Positions 51,715-63,409 of a stretch of 64,000 nucleotides of DNA are shown in pieces. The number at the start of each line of letters is the position of its first letter. The stretch's first letter is position 1. The notes below the pieces were generated by a model. The model had not been told where the DNA came from and searched no databases. It saw nothing but the letters and a program-made list of their open reading frames with translations. Source of the stretch: Octopus sinensis (taxonomy: Eukaryota); assembly GCF_006345805.1 (NCBI RefSeq), contig NC_043010.1, positions 45,136,001-45,200,000 of the forward strand, read 5' to 3'. A program made the translations under genes and the position numbers.

Positions 51715-52145
51715 ACAAACTTTAAATATATCTACGTTGCAGACATGAAGAAACGCTCAGAACTCGAGGAATACGGAAAAAAAAGAACATTAAAGAGTAC
51801 TGGTTATTTCCCCTGAACCAGAGGGGGGAAAAACCTTTATAGACTCGGAGAGGCCTAATGAGCAAACGGGGAGATTCAATTTTCTAGTAAGTAGCGCTTG
51901 AAGTGGATACATTTAGAAAACACTTCTTTACGGCTGATTAATGCGCCAGGTTTCTTATAGCCCTTAGGAATCTTATTCTCTCCGCGATGCAGATCTTGCA
52001 ACGGCTCGGATAATCCATTAATTTCCACTTATAGAAGGGCAGGTTGTATTCCATCTCATGTGACTCTACTCAGAAGGCTGTAATATCATTTGACAGGAAA
52101 CCCAGTATAAAGAATAAACAAGGCTGTGACTTTATATACCTTTAA

Positions 52146-53500
52146 TGTAGCCAAACGTATATACACAATCTGAATGATAAATGAAAATGGTTTGATGAGT
52201 GGAGGCCATGGTCTTCTGTGCGTTAGCTCCTATCTGCTACTGGTGTGTGGTGTGTGAGCGAGATAGTTAGGTTACATCTTCAGTTTCGCGTCCCGACGCT
52301 GAAAGAGAAAGTCCTAAGGCCTCGTGCCAGAATCTCATGCTCTGGCATCATCTAGTGCCAGTTTGTTTAAACCCGCTGTCAAGTGAGAGTAACTGCGCCT
52401 ACAGAACCGCCCCACCGTTAGACCGGAAGTGTTCGATTAAAAGTAGTGTAGGTGGAGTGTGCACTAGAAGGGCACAGAAGAACGAACCATGGCAAAAACA
52501 GTTGTATGAACAATTGAAGAAAATTCAATGCAAGTATGTACAAGGAAAATGTTCAGCAAAGAAAGGTGTCCACTCAAATAGAACAAAGCATATATATGTA
52601 CAATGATACAGAAAGAGAAAAAATGTGAATGCAGTGTCTATAACAACATAAGTCTATTCCCTGGAACAGTCACTGGCGAGGCAAAGTTAAGAAATGTAAA
52701 TAGTCTGAGGCACAGAACGTAACATGCAAACGTGATAACAACTATCCAGGAAACTGGAAATCACAGGATGCTTGCAGAGGCTAGTATTGTAAGCGTGCAA
52801 GAGCGGTGAGTCGCTTGCAGGGGCTGGAGGTGCTAGCATGCAGGAGCAATGACAAAGCAACTAAAATCTTATAATGTGGTGCATGTGTGTATGAACATTG
52901 AAAGAAGTTAACATATAATATACACAATATTTAAAAATATGTGCATACATAGGCAAGGTCCTGAAAAAGGAAGTGATATGTATAGAAAAGTGAAAAAAAA
53001 AAGACAACTGAAATGCAATACAATGCGCAGGCAAGGAAAGTTTCTAGTCTTTAAAGCAGAGTTCAATTAAGTCCGAAGTGGCCAATATGTCCAACGGCGT
53101 CATTCACATGACGATGCACCTTGGAATGCTGACATGGTAGACAGGCACGTGACCAAGCAGTGATAGACCGTCGCATATTCGGCCAGAAAAAGCGGGCTGC
53201 GATAAGCTTTACTGTGGCCGCAATGCCGGGGTGAGACAGTGAATGCAGTGCTTCAAAACAGCACGACGGTGACATTCAGGAACGAGAGGTCGTGTGACCC
53301 GGTAGAAACATCGCAGAGAAATGTTCCTTCAGAAAAAGGTAGAAGCAGGTGTTCAAACTTGCAGCAGGAAAACTGTGGTGAAGAGATGTCCAGAGAGTCC
53401 AAGGAGGGTTGGTCAGTAGTTGGGGTAGTTAACAGAGAGTGTGAAAAATTCAAATTAAATAAATTAACCTCGGATTTGTTCAAATGTCTCAAGCAAGAAA
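52146..53500 (-). mobile_element. Gypsy fragment (integrase zinc-finger region) with candidate 3' LTR at 52146-52276
   Basis: LCDVSTG and LHSLSHPGIAATVKLIAARFFWPNM...CLPCQHSKVHRH. The TGTAAC...GCTACA segment is preceded by a purine-rich tract. The integrase core is absent. Confidence 0.75.
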
Positions 53501-53539
53501 AGATACTGATATACATTCCCGTATATTAACAAAATTAGG

Positions 53540-56500
53540 ACAGGACCAAAAATTGATTCTACAGGCAGTGGCTGGAGAATGCCAGAAGATTTTAAATTTA
53601 AGACATGACGCGGATAAAATTGAAGAAAAGGATTGATCTCAGATACATGCATGTCGACCTAAAATGGATAAGGAAAAAGAAAAACGAACGTCAAGCCCAA
53701 ATCTGTGCTATGGTTACAGAGGTTTACATTTTAAAAGTAATTGTCCTTTTAAAAATCGTAAATGCCTTGATTGTGGAAAAATTGGACATAAAAGCTCACA
53801 TTGTATAGCGAAACAAAAAAAAGAGGATCAAACAAAAAAATTCTAGAAAGATTGTATTATTGAAAAAAATTCTAAGCGAGGCTCAGGAAAGAAAATTTGT
53901 GTTCATAAAAATGAATAACGTGAATATCAAGTTACAACTGGATACATGCAGTGACATCACGATGATTAATACAGATACATGGAGAAAAATAGGGAAACCT
54001 AGATCAAAGGAAACTTCGAAAATTGCGTGAGATGTTTCAGGAAAAACATTGCATTTATGGGCGAAATGATAAGCGATGTTACATTTCGTGGAAAAACTTT
54101 GAAAGCCAAAGTTTTTGCGTTGAAAAATACGACAAATTTATTTGGAATAAACTGAATGGAACTATTTAACTTATGGAACCCCTCTATAAATATCTTTTGG
54201 AAAATGTGAATGGTTCTTCCGCCAGTACAAATAAGGCGTCGGAGGATTTAAAAAGAGAATTAAAACAAATTTTTCCTGAAGTTTTTCTGAGGAATTGGGT
54301 CTTTGCACCAAAACAGAGGCGAAGTTTCAAGTGAAAAAAAACGCTTTAGCGATATCTAAACCAAAAAGAACTGTACTTTTCGCAGCGTTGAAACAAGTAA
54401 ACGAAGTAGATAGACTTGAAAAGCTTGGTATTATTAAAAAATTGATAACTCAAAATGGGCGTCCCCTTCGGTTTATGTCAAGAAAAAAAAAATTCCGAGT
54501 ATGTGCTGATTTCTCAACGAGATTAAAACGAATGTTTGATACCATGTAATTACCCGTTACCAAATCCGGAAGATATTTTCGCGAAGTTGAATGGAGGAAA
54601 ATTTTTTTCAAAGTTGGACATTTCTAAAGTATATTTGCAAGTAAAAGTCGATGAGGAATGTTCAAAATTATTAACAATAAATACCAATAAAGAGTTGTAT
54701 AAATTTAATCGACTCCTCTTTGGTATAAAGGTAGCACCTGGTATTTTCCAACAAATTATGGACGTTATGCTCGCAGGTTCGAATTTTGCTGCGGCTTACC
54801 TTAACATACTTATAAACTGTGAATCTCGAAAGAATAAAAAGAGTATGATTTTAAGCTCAGCGAGGAAAAGTGTGAATTTTTTATGCCAAGAATAGAATAT
54901 CTAGGGCAGATTATTGATGAAAATGGACTCAGACCAGACCCGGCTAGGGTGAGTGCAAAACAAATATGACTTCCCTAACGAACATTACAACGTTACAAAC
55001 ATTTTGGGGGCTTGCAAATTACTACTAGATATACATAGTGAATATGCACGATTTAAGAGTACCCCTGAATAACTTGTTTAAAAAAGACGTTAAGTGGAAC
55101 TGGTCGAACAAATGCCAAAAGACTGAAGAAATTTTAAAAAAACCTCTTAACTTTGGAATTGTCGTTATCACATTTTAACCCGAATTTAGAAATAGCAGTG
55201 GCAGCAGATGTTAGTGAAATTAGCATTGGATCTGTGATTTTACACAAATATGAAGATGGTAGCCTGAAAGTAGTAGCTCATGCTTTGCGTTCATTATTGC
55301 CGGCTGAGAAAAGCTACAGTCCAATAGAAAAAGAGGTATTAACCATCATATTTGCGGTAAAAAAAATTCCATAGATTTATACATGGAGGAAGGTTCCGTC
55401 TGCAGACAGACCACTGCCCATTATTGTCGATCTATGGATCAAAAAAGGGTATCCCTACTCATACAGCCAACAGACTGCAGCACCGGGGAACGATTCTGCT
55501 GAATTACGATTTCAAGATGGAGTATTTGCCATCAAAAATATTGGGACATAGGTTTGTCAAGATTAATACCAAAAACAGTGAACCACTAGAAGACATGGTG
55601 ACAGCGGCGTTAAAAGCCGAAAATGAAATAAAAAATATATTGTGCAATGTTGTGTGTGAATTGCCTGTAACATTGGAGAAAATATAAATTATATAAATTA
55701 AGGCAGAGACGGACGAGTTTATAATAAAAATGAAAAAAATAGTGAGATCAGAAGGATGTGTGAGGCTGGACGTAACACAATTTCGAATTTGTATTCGATA
55801 TGTAATAATGCACTTATGTATGCACAGAGGGTCGTAATGCCTACCTCACTATAAGGTCGAATGTTAAAAGAATTCTACACTGGACATCCAGAAATTTCTA
55901 GAATGAAGTCGCTTTTGAGGAGTTATGTTTACTGGCCAAAAATGGATCTAGATATCGAGAAGTTGGTAAAATCCTGCAGAGGATGTGCTCTTCCAACAAA
56001 CTCACCACCTATACAATTTCAACCTTGACCCAAAACCGATATTCCATGGTTCAGAATGCACATAAACTTCGCAGGATAGCTATACAAAATGGCCAGAAAT
56101 GTGTAAATGTAGAAAACCGACATCCACGGTAAGAGCCGAATTTCTAGACCAACCTTTTGCTAGGTATGGTATCTAGGATACCTCAGTCTCTGATAACGGT
56201 ACACAATTCACAACGAATGGATTTAAGAATTTTTGCAAGATGTACACAATTGAGCATATTACTACTCCATATTACCGAAGATCTAACGGGCAAGCGGAAA
56301 GGTTCGTGGATACATTTAAAAGAGCATTAAAGAAACCAAGAAACGTGTTAGTCGGTGACATAGCATTGGCACAATTCTTGAGGGTCTATAGGATAATACC
56401 AAACCCAAACGTCTTTTCAGGCAAATCGCCTGCAGAACTAATGTTTGCTCGAAAAATAAAGTCAAAGTTTGACAAGCTGCTATCAGTAAGAAAAACAAAA

Positions 56501-57110
56501 AGCGAAAATACGACAAGGTTTTTTAATCTCGGTGACAAGGTGTTTTTCAATATATATATATAAATGGAAAACAAGGCTGGGAAGACAGAGTAGTAGCAAA
56601 ACGAATAGGCAAAATGACATATATGATAAGAGGCGAAAATAAGAACACAAAAGGCATTTAAACCAGCTAAAAATAGATATTGGAAAAAAGAAAAGAGATA
56701 CCCATGGAAGTGTTCCATGACACTTATGATGTTCTAACGCCACAAGAAATCGAACCTTGTCGTAGCAGCACCAGAAAGAGGAAACAAACAGAACGGTTGG
56801 AAGTAGTACCTAAACGGAAGAAATATTAAACTTCTCTATGAGGAAAATCTCAAAAAGGGAGATGTGATGAAAGAAAAATAAATAAATAAAAATAATATTA
56901 ACTTCCAACGGAAGTCAATCTCAAAAGAGATGTTGTGACGCGAGTCATTGACACCCCTGGCGAATTGGAGGAATGGACTAACCGAATTCTTATGAAAAGT
57001 AGTAGTCGGTAATAGTCGGAGAGAGGGTTTGGTACTCTGACGAAGTATGTCGTGTGAACACATTGATTAAACGTCCGCTGCATAATTTATCTATACCAAC
57101 CTGTGGCAAG
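53540..57110 (+). mobile_element. heavily frameshifted Gypsy element (gag knuckles, protease, RT, RNase H, integrase, 3' LTR)
   Basis: CYGY...CPF...CLDCGKIGH, QLDTCSD, YPLPNPEDIF, FSKLD, FGIKVAPGIFQ, YSPIEKE, YVYWPKMD, SDNGTQF and SNGQAERFVDTFK. LTR-like sequence from ~56863/56931. Confidence 0.92.
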
Positions 57111-57430
57111 ATATAAATAATATGTATGTATATATATATATATATATTTCAACAATTGAGGGCAAAATTAATTAATTATTAATCAATTTCACCAAGTGTT
57201 CAGTATGCAAAGGGACCATTCAAGGCGAATTCAAATTATTACATTATATAAAAGGGCTTAGTAAAATAAATTACTTTGCCGCATACTGAACTCATTAGAA
57301 ATAGCATCTAAAAAACTTTTTTAAAGCTATTTCTAATACTTAAAGAAAATCTCTCTCATATATAGTGTTTGCTTAATTCAACTCACAAAAGTTTGGGGGT
57401 AAGGACATCGAAAAATCAAATGCTAAGGTT

Positions 57431-57490
57431 ATTTGAGAACGTACGTTTCAAGATTAGTCAAAACAACACTTCTATCATCAGCTCAGAAAT
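57431..57490 (-). ncRNA. type I hammerhead ribozyme, copy 1
   Basis: ATTTCTGAG-CTGATGA-TAGAAGTGTTGTTTTGACTAATCTT-GAAAC-GTAC-GTT-CTCAAAT. Confidence 0.8.
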
Positions 57491-57762
57491 TCCTTGGTTT
57501 GGATTTGGAAACACTGAAATAAGAACATCCCTTTCGAAGATCTGCTCGTAACTAACAGTGCCAACAAATTCAAATAAGCAAGCGAAGAATCTCTGTTCTC
57601 CCCTTTCCACCAGCGTGGGTTAAAATCATCAAACACTATGCTTATTTCGGTAAAATCCGAAGCATTAATCAGAGGGATTTGAATTTGTTGGCACTGTTAG
57701 TTACGAGCAGATCTTCGAAAGGGTATGTTCTTATTTTCAGTGTTCCAAATCCAAACCAAGGA

Positions 57763-57821
57763 ATTTCTGAGCTGATGATAGAAGTGTTGTTTTGACTAAT
57801 CTTGAAACGTACGTCTCAAAT
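57763..57821 (+). ncRNA. type I hammerhead ribozyme, copy 2 (1-nt deletion at the cleavage site/stem I)
   Basis: Same core, but reads GAAACGTACGTCTCAAAT, one T shorter than copies 1 and 3. Confidence 0.7.
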
Positions 57822-58301
57822 AACCTTAGCATTGATTTTTCGATGTCCTTACCCCCAAACTTTTGTGAGTTGAATTAAGCAAACACTATATATGAGAGAG
57901 ATTTTCTTTAAGTATTAGAAATAGCTTTAAAAAAGTTTTTTAGATGCTATTTCTAATGAGTTCAGTATGCGGCAAAGTAATTTATTTTACTAAGCCCTTT
58001 TATATAATGTAATAATTTGAATTCGCCTTGAATGGTCCCTTTGCATACTGAACACTTTGTGAAATTGATTAATAATTAATTAATTTTGCCCTCAATTGTT
58101 GAAATTATAATTAATCTCCCTCTGATTAATGCTTCGGATTTTACCGAAATAAGCATAGTGTTTGATGATTTTAACCACGCTGGTGGAAAGGGGAGAACAG
58201 AGATTCTTCGCTTGCTTATTTGAATTTGTTGGCACTGTTAGTTACGAGCAGATCTTCGAAAGGTATGTTCTTATTTTCATGTTTCCAATCCAAACCAAGG
58301 A

Positions 58302-58360
58302 ATTTCTGAGCTGATGATAGAAGTGTTGTTTTGACTAATCTTGAAACGTACGTTCTCAAT
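58302..58360 (+). ncRNA. type I hammerhead ribozyme, copy 3
   Basis: CTGATGA at 58311, GAAAC at 58343, GTT triplet at 58352-58354, stem I TGAG/CTCA. Confidence 0.8.
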
Positions 58361-58858
58361 AACCTTAGCATTTGATTTTTCGATGTCCTTACCCCCAAAC
58401 TTTTGTGAGTTGAATAAGCAAACACTATATATGAGAGAGATTTTCTTTAAGTATTAGAAATAGCTTTAAAAAAGTTTTTTAGATGCTATTTCTAATGAGT
58501 TCAGTATGCGGCAAAGTAATTTATTTTACTAAGCCCTTTTATATAATATATATATATATATATATACATATGTGTATGTGTGTGTGTATAAATATGTATA
58601 TCTATCTGTTCCACGTCCTCGCGTTGTTGTGTTTTTTTGTACTTTCATGTTTAGATTAACTTTAACTATATATATATATGTATATATGTGTGTGTATATA
58701 CATGTTTGTGTGTGTATATAAATGCTTGTGTGTGTATATACATATGTGTATGCATATATATATATCTTTCTACTTGTTCTACAATACATTTCAACGCTTC
58801 CAAAACAAACTTACGCTTGTTTACATTTGACGTAATATATCTATCTATCTATCTATCT

Positions 58859-58894
<36 letters not shown>

Positions 58895-58915
58895 CTATCT
58901 ATCTATCTATCTATA

Positions 58916-58963
<48 letters not shown>

Positions 58964-59157
58964 TATGTATATATATGTATATATATATATGTTTTTTGTG
59001 TGTATGGCGAGTAACTGTGTTTAACTTAGTGTATGTGTGCGTGTGTGCTTGTACGTGCGTGTGTGTGTATATATACGTATGTATAATTGTGTGCGTGTAT
59101 GTATGGTTGTGTGCCGTATGGGATGTATGTGTGGGTTCATTTGTGTGTGTGTGTGTG

Positions 59158-62050
59158 AGCTGCGGCCATGCTGATGCACCGCCGTTTTGTGCTACACTGT
59201 TATTACGACGAACCTCGTCTAATATGTGGCACTTGGTGAAGAATGGAGTTTGATATAGCTACTCTCATTTGCACCGCTTGCCGTGAGGTAGGTTCATCTG
59301 GGACTCTTGACAAGAAGATGTCCAGCTTTGATTTAAAAACCGCTACATCTACTTTGTGCAATTCCTCAGACTCTTTGGGAGAATATTAAAAAGCTGTGGG
59401 CTCTTGAAACCCAGGTTGTTGCAGAAGCTGGTCCTGAAGCGTGATGGCATTGCTGGGATCTTTGGCATTATGCAGTGTCGTCCCGTTCTAGCATTGGTGT
59501 AGCTTACAATGCCAAAATTTGGCACAATTCCTTCCAGGATCTTCCAGACATATATTACTGCATACCTCTCCCGTCTTCTCTCCAGGGAGTAGAGTCTTAG
59601 CTGTTTCAACCTTTCCCAGTAGCTGAGCTGTTGCAAAGAGATGATCTTCTTTGTGAATCTTCTCTGGATTGCTTCATGGTCCGCTGTTAATTTTACACTG
59701 GTGGGTGACCATAGCTGTGAGCAGTAATCCAGGCGACTGAGGACGAATGTCCGCCAGAGGACCATCATGGTTTCCTTATCTCTGGTTCTGAATGTTCTTA
59801 GGATCCACCCAGCCAGTCGTCTGCACTTTGTCGCCATCCTGGTAATGTGCACTTGGAAAGAGGTATCATCACTCATGTCGATACCCAGGTCCCTCACAGA
59901 CTTAGGCTCTGGGATTGAAATTCCCTGTGGACCAGTGTATCCTGTAAGTTTAATATTCAATTATGGATGCTGGTAGCGCAGGGCCTGGAATTTTTCAGCA
60001 TTAAACTGCATATTATTATCCTCAGCCCATCTGTAGATTGAGTCCAACTCCTGCTGCAGGTGTGCAACATCGCTGGGGTTCTGTATTTTCTACGAGACTT
60101 TCGTATCGTCTGCATAGCTGGCCAGAGTGGCTATCCGGGCATTTGAGGGCATATCTGAGAGGGCCACTATAAAAAGCAGTGGTCCGGAGACAGTGCCCTG
60201 TGGAACACCGCTCACTATTTGTGTGTTCATAGAGGTGCTCCATTAACCACTACTGCCTGACTCCTATCTTTCAGGAAGTCATGCAACCACACTCCAAGTT
60301 TTCCAGCTATGCCGAGGTCACGTAGTTTGTGGCATATCATACCATGATCCACCTTGTCAAAAGCTTTTGCAAAATCAAGGTAGATTACGTCCACATTTGA
60401 TTTGTTGAGTAACTACCTCAACATCCAGTCATAATGCTGTAAGAGCAGGGTCAGGTAGCTCCTACCTGGTCGAAAACCATGCTGGGTATCACTCAGCAAG
60501 TTATTTTCCTCAAGGAATGCGATTAGTTTCTTTCTGACTATCCGTTCCATGACTTTGCTGATGTGTGAAGTCAGAGAGATAGGCCTATAGTTTTGGGCAT
60601 CTGCTCTACTTCCCCCTTTATGTATTGGGCATATTATTCCCTCCTTCAGCTTGCTTGGCAGTTTGCCATTCGCAAGAAAGCTCTGGAAGAGAATCTTGAG
60701 GGGTTTTGCCAGGGCATGCTTACACGCTTTGAGAAGGATGGCTGGGAAAACATCTGGACCAGCAGCTGAGTTTGTGTCCACTTCATCTATGGCTAGTAGG
60801 ACATCTTTTTCGCTAATGTCAATACATTCTATTGTAACCGCCTCGCTGGTTATAGGTGAGGCGGCAAAGAAGTCCACTGGTTCGTTCACTTGTCTGTGTT
60901 CCAACGGGGTGGTAAAGACACTTTTGAACTGGTCATTCAGCATCTCACTGATCATAGTTGGACTGTCTGTGAGGGAGCCATCCTTTTGGAGGAGGGGTCC
61001 TATCTTGTAGTGCACTGAGACTGTTTCTTTCGCGTAATGAAAGAAGGTATTTGGGTTTGATTTAATGTGTTTTTATAACCCAGGCTTCTTTGTCTGCTTT
61101 CTCCTTCACATAGGATTGTTGCAGCCTTTTTTTCGATCTCCATCAGTGTTGTTTTTAGGTGGGACGTTTCGCTACTTTTGGGATGTTGGTTGAGACGATT
61201 TGCAACCTTCGTCCGTCGTCTCATGAGGATCTTCCTGTCTCATGGAATCTTGCTCCTATTTGTTTTGGCCTTGTGCTCTGGGACATATTTCTGGCATACG
61301 TCTTGCACAGAATACATGAAACATTCTAGTTTCATGTCAATGTCTGGTGTGGAGAGACATTCCGGCCAGTCCTCTCTGAGGATCTCTTTTTGGATCGATT
61401 TCCAATCTGCTTTGTGGAAGTCCAGATTGGAGAGATTTCGGGTGCTTCTTTTAGGCTGTATGTCTCTGGTTACTTTCGGCCCAAAGATAGACAGCTCTAT
61501 TATGTTGTGATCCGAAACTGATGTCGGTGTCACTTTCACATCACATCATGAATGATGTCCATATTATTCGTGAAGCAGAGATCCAGAATGTTATTCGCCC
61601 TAGTTGGCTTGAGTACAACTTGATCCATGAATAAGGCATTGGTGAGGTTGAGCAGGGACTCCACCTGTACTTGCTTGCAATGATTCATTCCTGAGAGTAT
61701 GTGACCTTCGGGCCATTTGACATTGGGGAAGTTGAAATCACCCATCAGAAATATGGTCACGTGGTGTTCCAGATTCATGAGGATTTCTTTAATTCTTGTG
61801 AGGCAATCTTCAAACTTGCCTATGTGATTTGGGGCATCCGGTGGGCAATATGTATTGCATATGACTATATTATGTTGTCTTATGTATACAATTAAGGTGT
61901 CACATACCGAATTTGAGTATGTCATCAAGACCTGGGGTGTGAGGTCATCTCGGATGTATACAGCAACTCCTCCATGGCTCCTTTCCCTTCTGTCTGTTCG
62001 CAGTATGGCATAGTTTGATATGTGTACTTCTGCGTCCTCTATATCAGGGT
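59158..62050 (-). mobile_element. CR1/L2-group LINE, ORF2 (APE + RT) almost complete but disrupted
   Basis: GGVAVYI, MGDFNFP, NILDLCFTN, SDHNII, NYRPISLTS, QHGFRPGRS, DFAKAFDKVDH, PQGTV, YADDTK, DLGI and RLDYCSQLWSP. Confidence 0.94.
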
Positions 62051-62059
62051 TGGGGTGAG

Positions 62060-62099
62060 TATATATATATATATATATCTAATATATATATATATATTA

Positions 62100-62141
<42 letters not shown>

Positions 62142-62165
62142 CATATATATATACTATATATATAC

Positions 62166-62208
<43 letters not shown>

Positions 62209-62232
62209 AATATATATATACACACACACACA

Positions 62233-62309
<77 letters not shown>

Positions 62310-62441
62310 TGTATGTATGTGTGTATGTATGTATGTATGAATGCATGTATGTATGCATGTATGAATGTATGTATGCATGTAGATCTATATGTATTTATCT
62401 ATCTACATATATGTGTGTGTGCGTGTGTGTGTGTGTGTGTT

Positions 62442-62480
<39 letters not shown>

Positions 62481-62545
62481 GCGTGTATGTATATATGCAT
62501 ACATGCATCCATACATACATGTGTGTGTGTGTATGCATGTATTCA
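62060..62545. repeat. compound (TA)n/(TATG)n/(TG)n microsatellite block
   Basis: Read directly. Similar blocks occur at 21585-21682, 39120-39305, 45600-45765, 48590-48800 and 58545-59155. Confidence 0.97.
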
Positions 62546-62903
62546 CATATACATATACTGAAAAGCAAAAACCGTTTACAGCAAGTAGTTTATATTTTTA
62601 AAAAAAGTTGTCATTTGTATTTTAAAACGAATGAATTGTTTTTAAAATTTTGAATTAGGGAAAGGCGCAAGAAGAAATATAGAAAAATAAAAATGGACGG
62701 AAGAAACGATAAAGAGAAAAAACAAAAAGATACGAAACAGCGAGTACAATAAATCGGAAAGTAGCAAAAGAAAAGAAAAAAAATCACTAAGAAAAAGAGA
62801 AAATTCAAGAATAATAGAAAAGAAAGATAAGGAAGAGAAAGACATGCATTGTATCATTATGTAAACGGTCGTGATAATAATAGTTTGTTTGGAAAGGGAT
62901 ATA

Positions 62904-63409
62904 TCTATATATATAAAACTCTAGTTGTGTGAGTGTCTGTCCCCTTCGATTTAGATTCCTAACTCCTCCCACATTTTGCGGTGCAGTTTAACCAAATTCG
63001 GGTATCTTATAGTCGTGATTCATATCGAGCCCGTCTGACTATTAGCGCGCGTCAACGATGAGTCTACGATTTTAAAAATAATTTAACATCATTTTTTATT
63101 CCATTTTAATGCATAAAATGCATCGTATGTCGATGGCGGCGGAGTTGGCGTCCACGCTCACAGCTGCACCTGTTTGCTTCTCCCCCTTCCCTCCCTCGTG
63201 AAGCTGTGGGGAAGAGAGTGTAAAGAAATCAACGTCGTAATGCGTTGTGAAGGAAACCAGCGTTCTTTTAGAACAACGACTTCATGGCTTGAAGACACCA
63301 AAACAAAAATGGCTAAGAAAGCCCGAATTTATAAGGGAAGTAACTCTCTAAAAATGCTTATATAGTTATTTCCCTTACAAACCCGAGCAACGCCGGGCGA
63401 TACTACTAG
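62904..63409 (+). mobile_element. non-autonomous Helitron, complete copy
   Basis: 5' A|TCTATATATATAAAAC and 3' hairpin cccgagcaacgccggg followed by CTAG at 63406-63409. Confidence 0.9.

Larger units (their letters stand above)
57146..58547. repeat. three-copy ~540-bp repeat: 57146-57677 inverted, then 57677-58105 and 58106-58547 in tandem
   Basis: 57677-58105 is the reverse complement of 57146-57575, and 58117-58547 is the reverse complement of ~57244-57677. Flanked by (TA)n on both sides. Confidence 0.96.
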
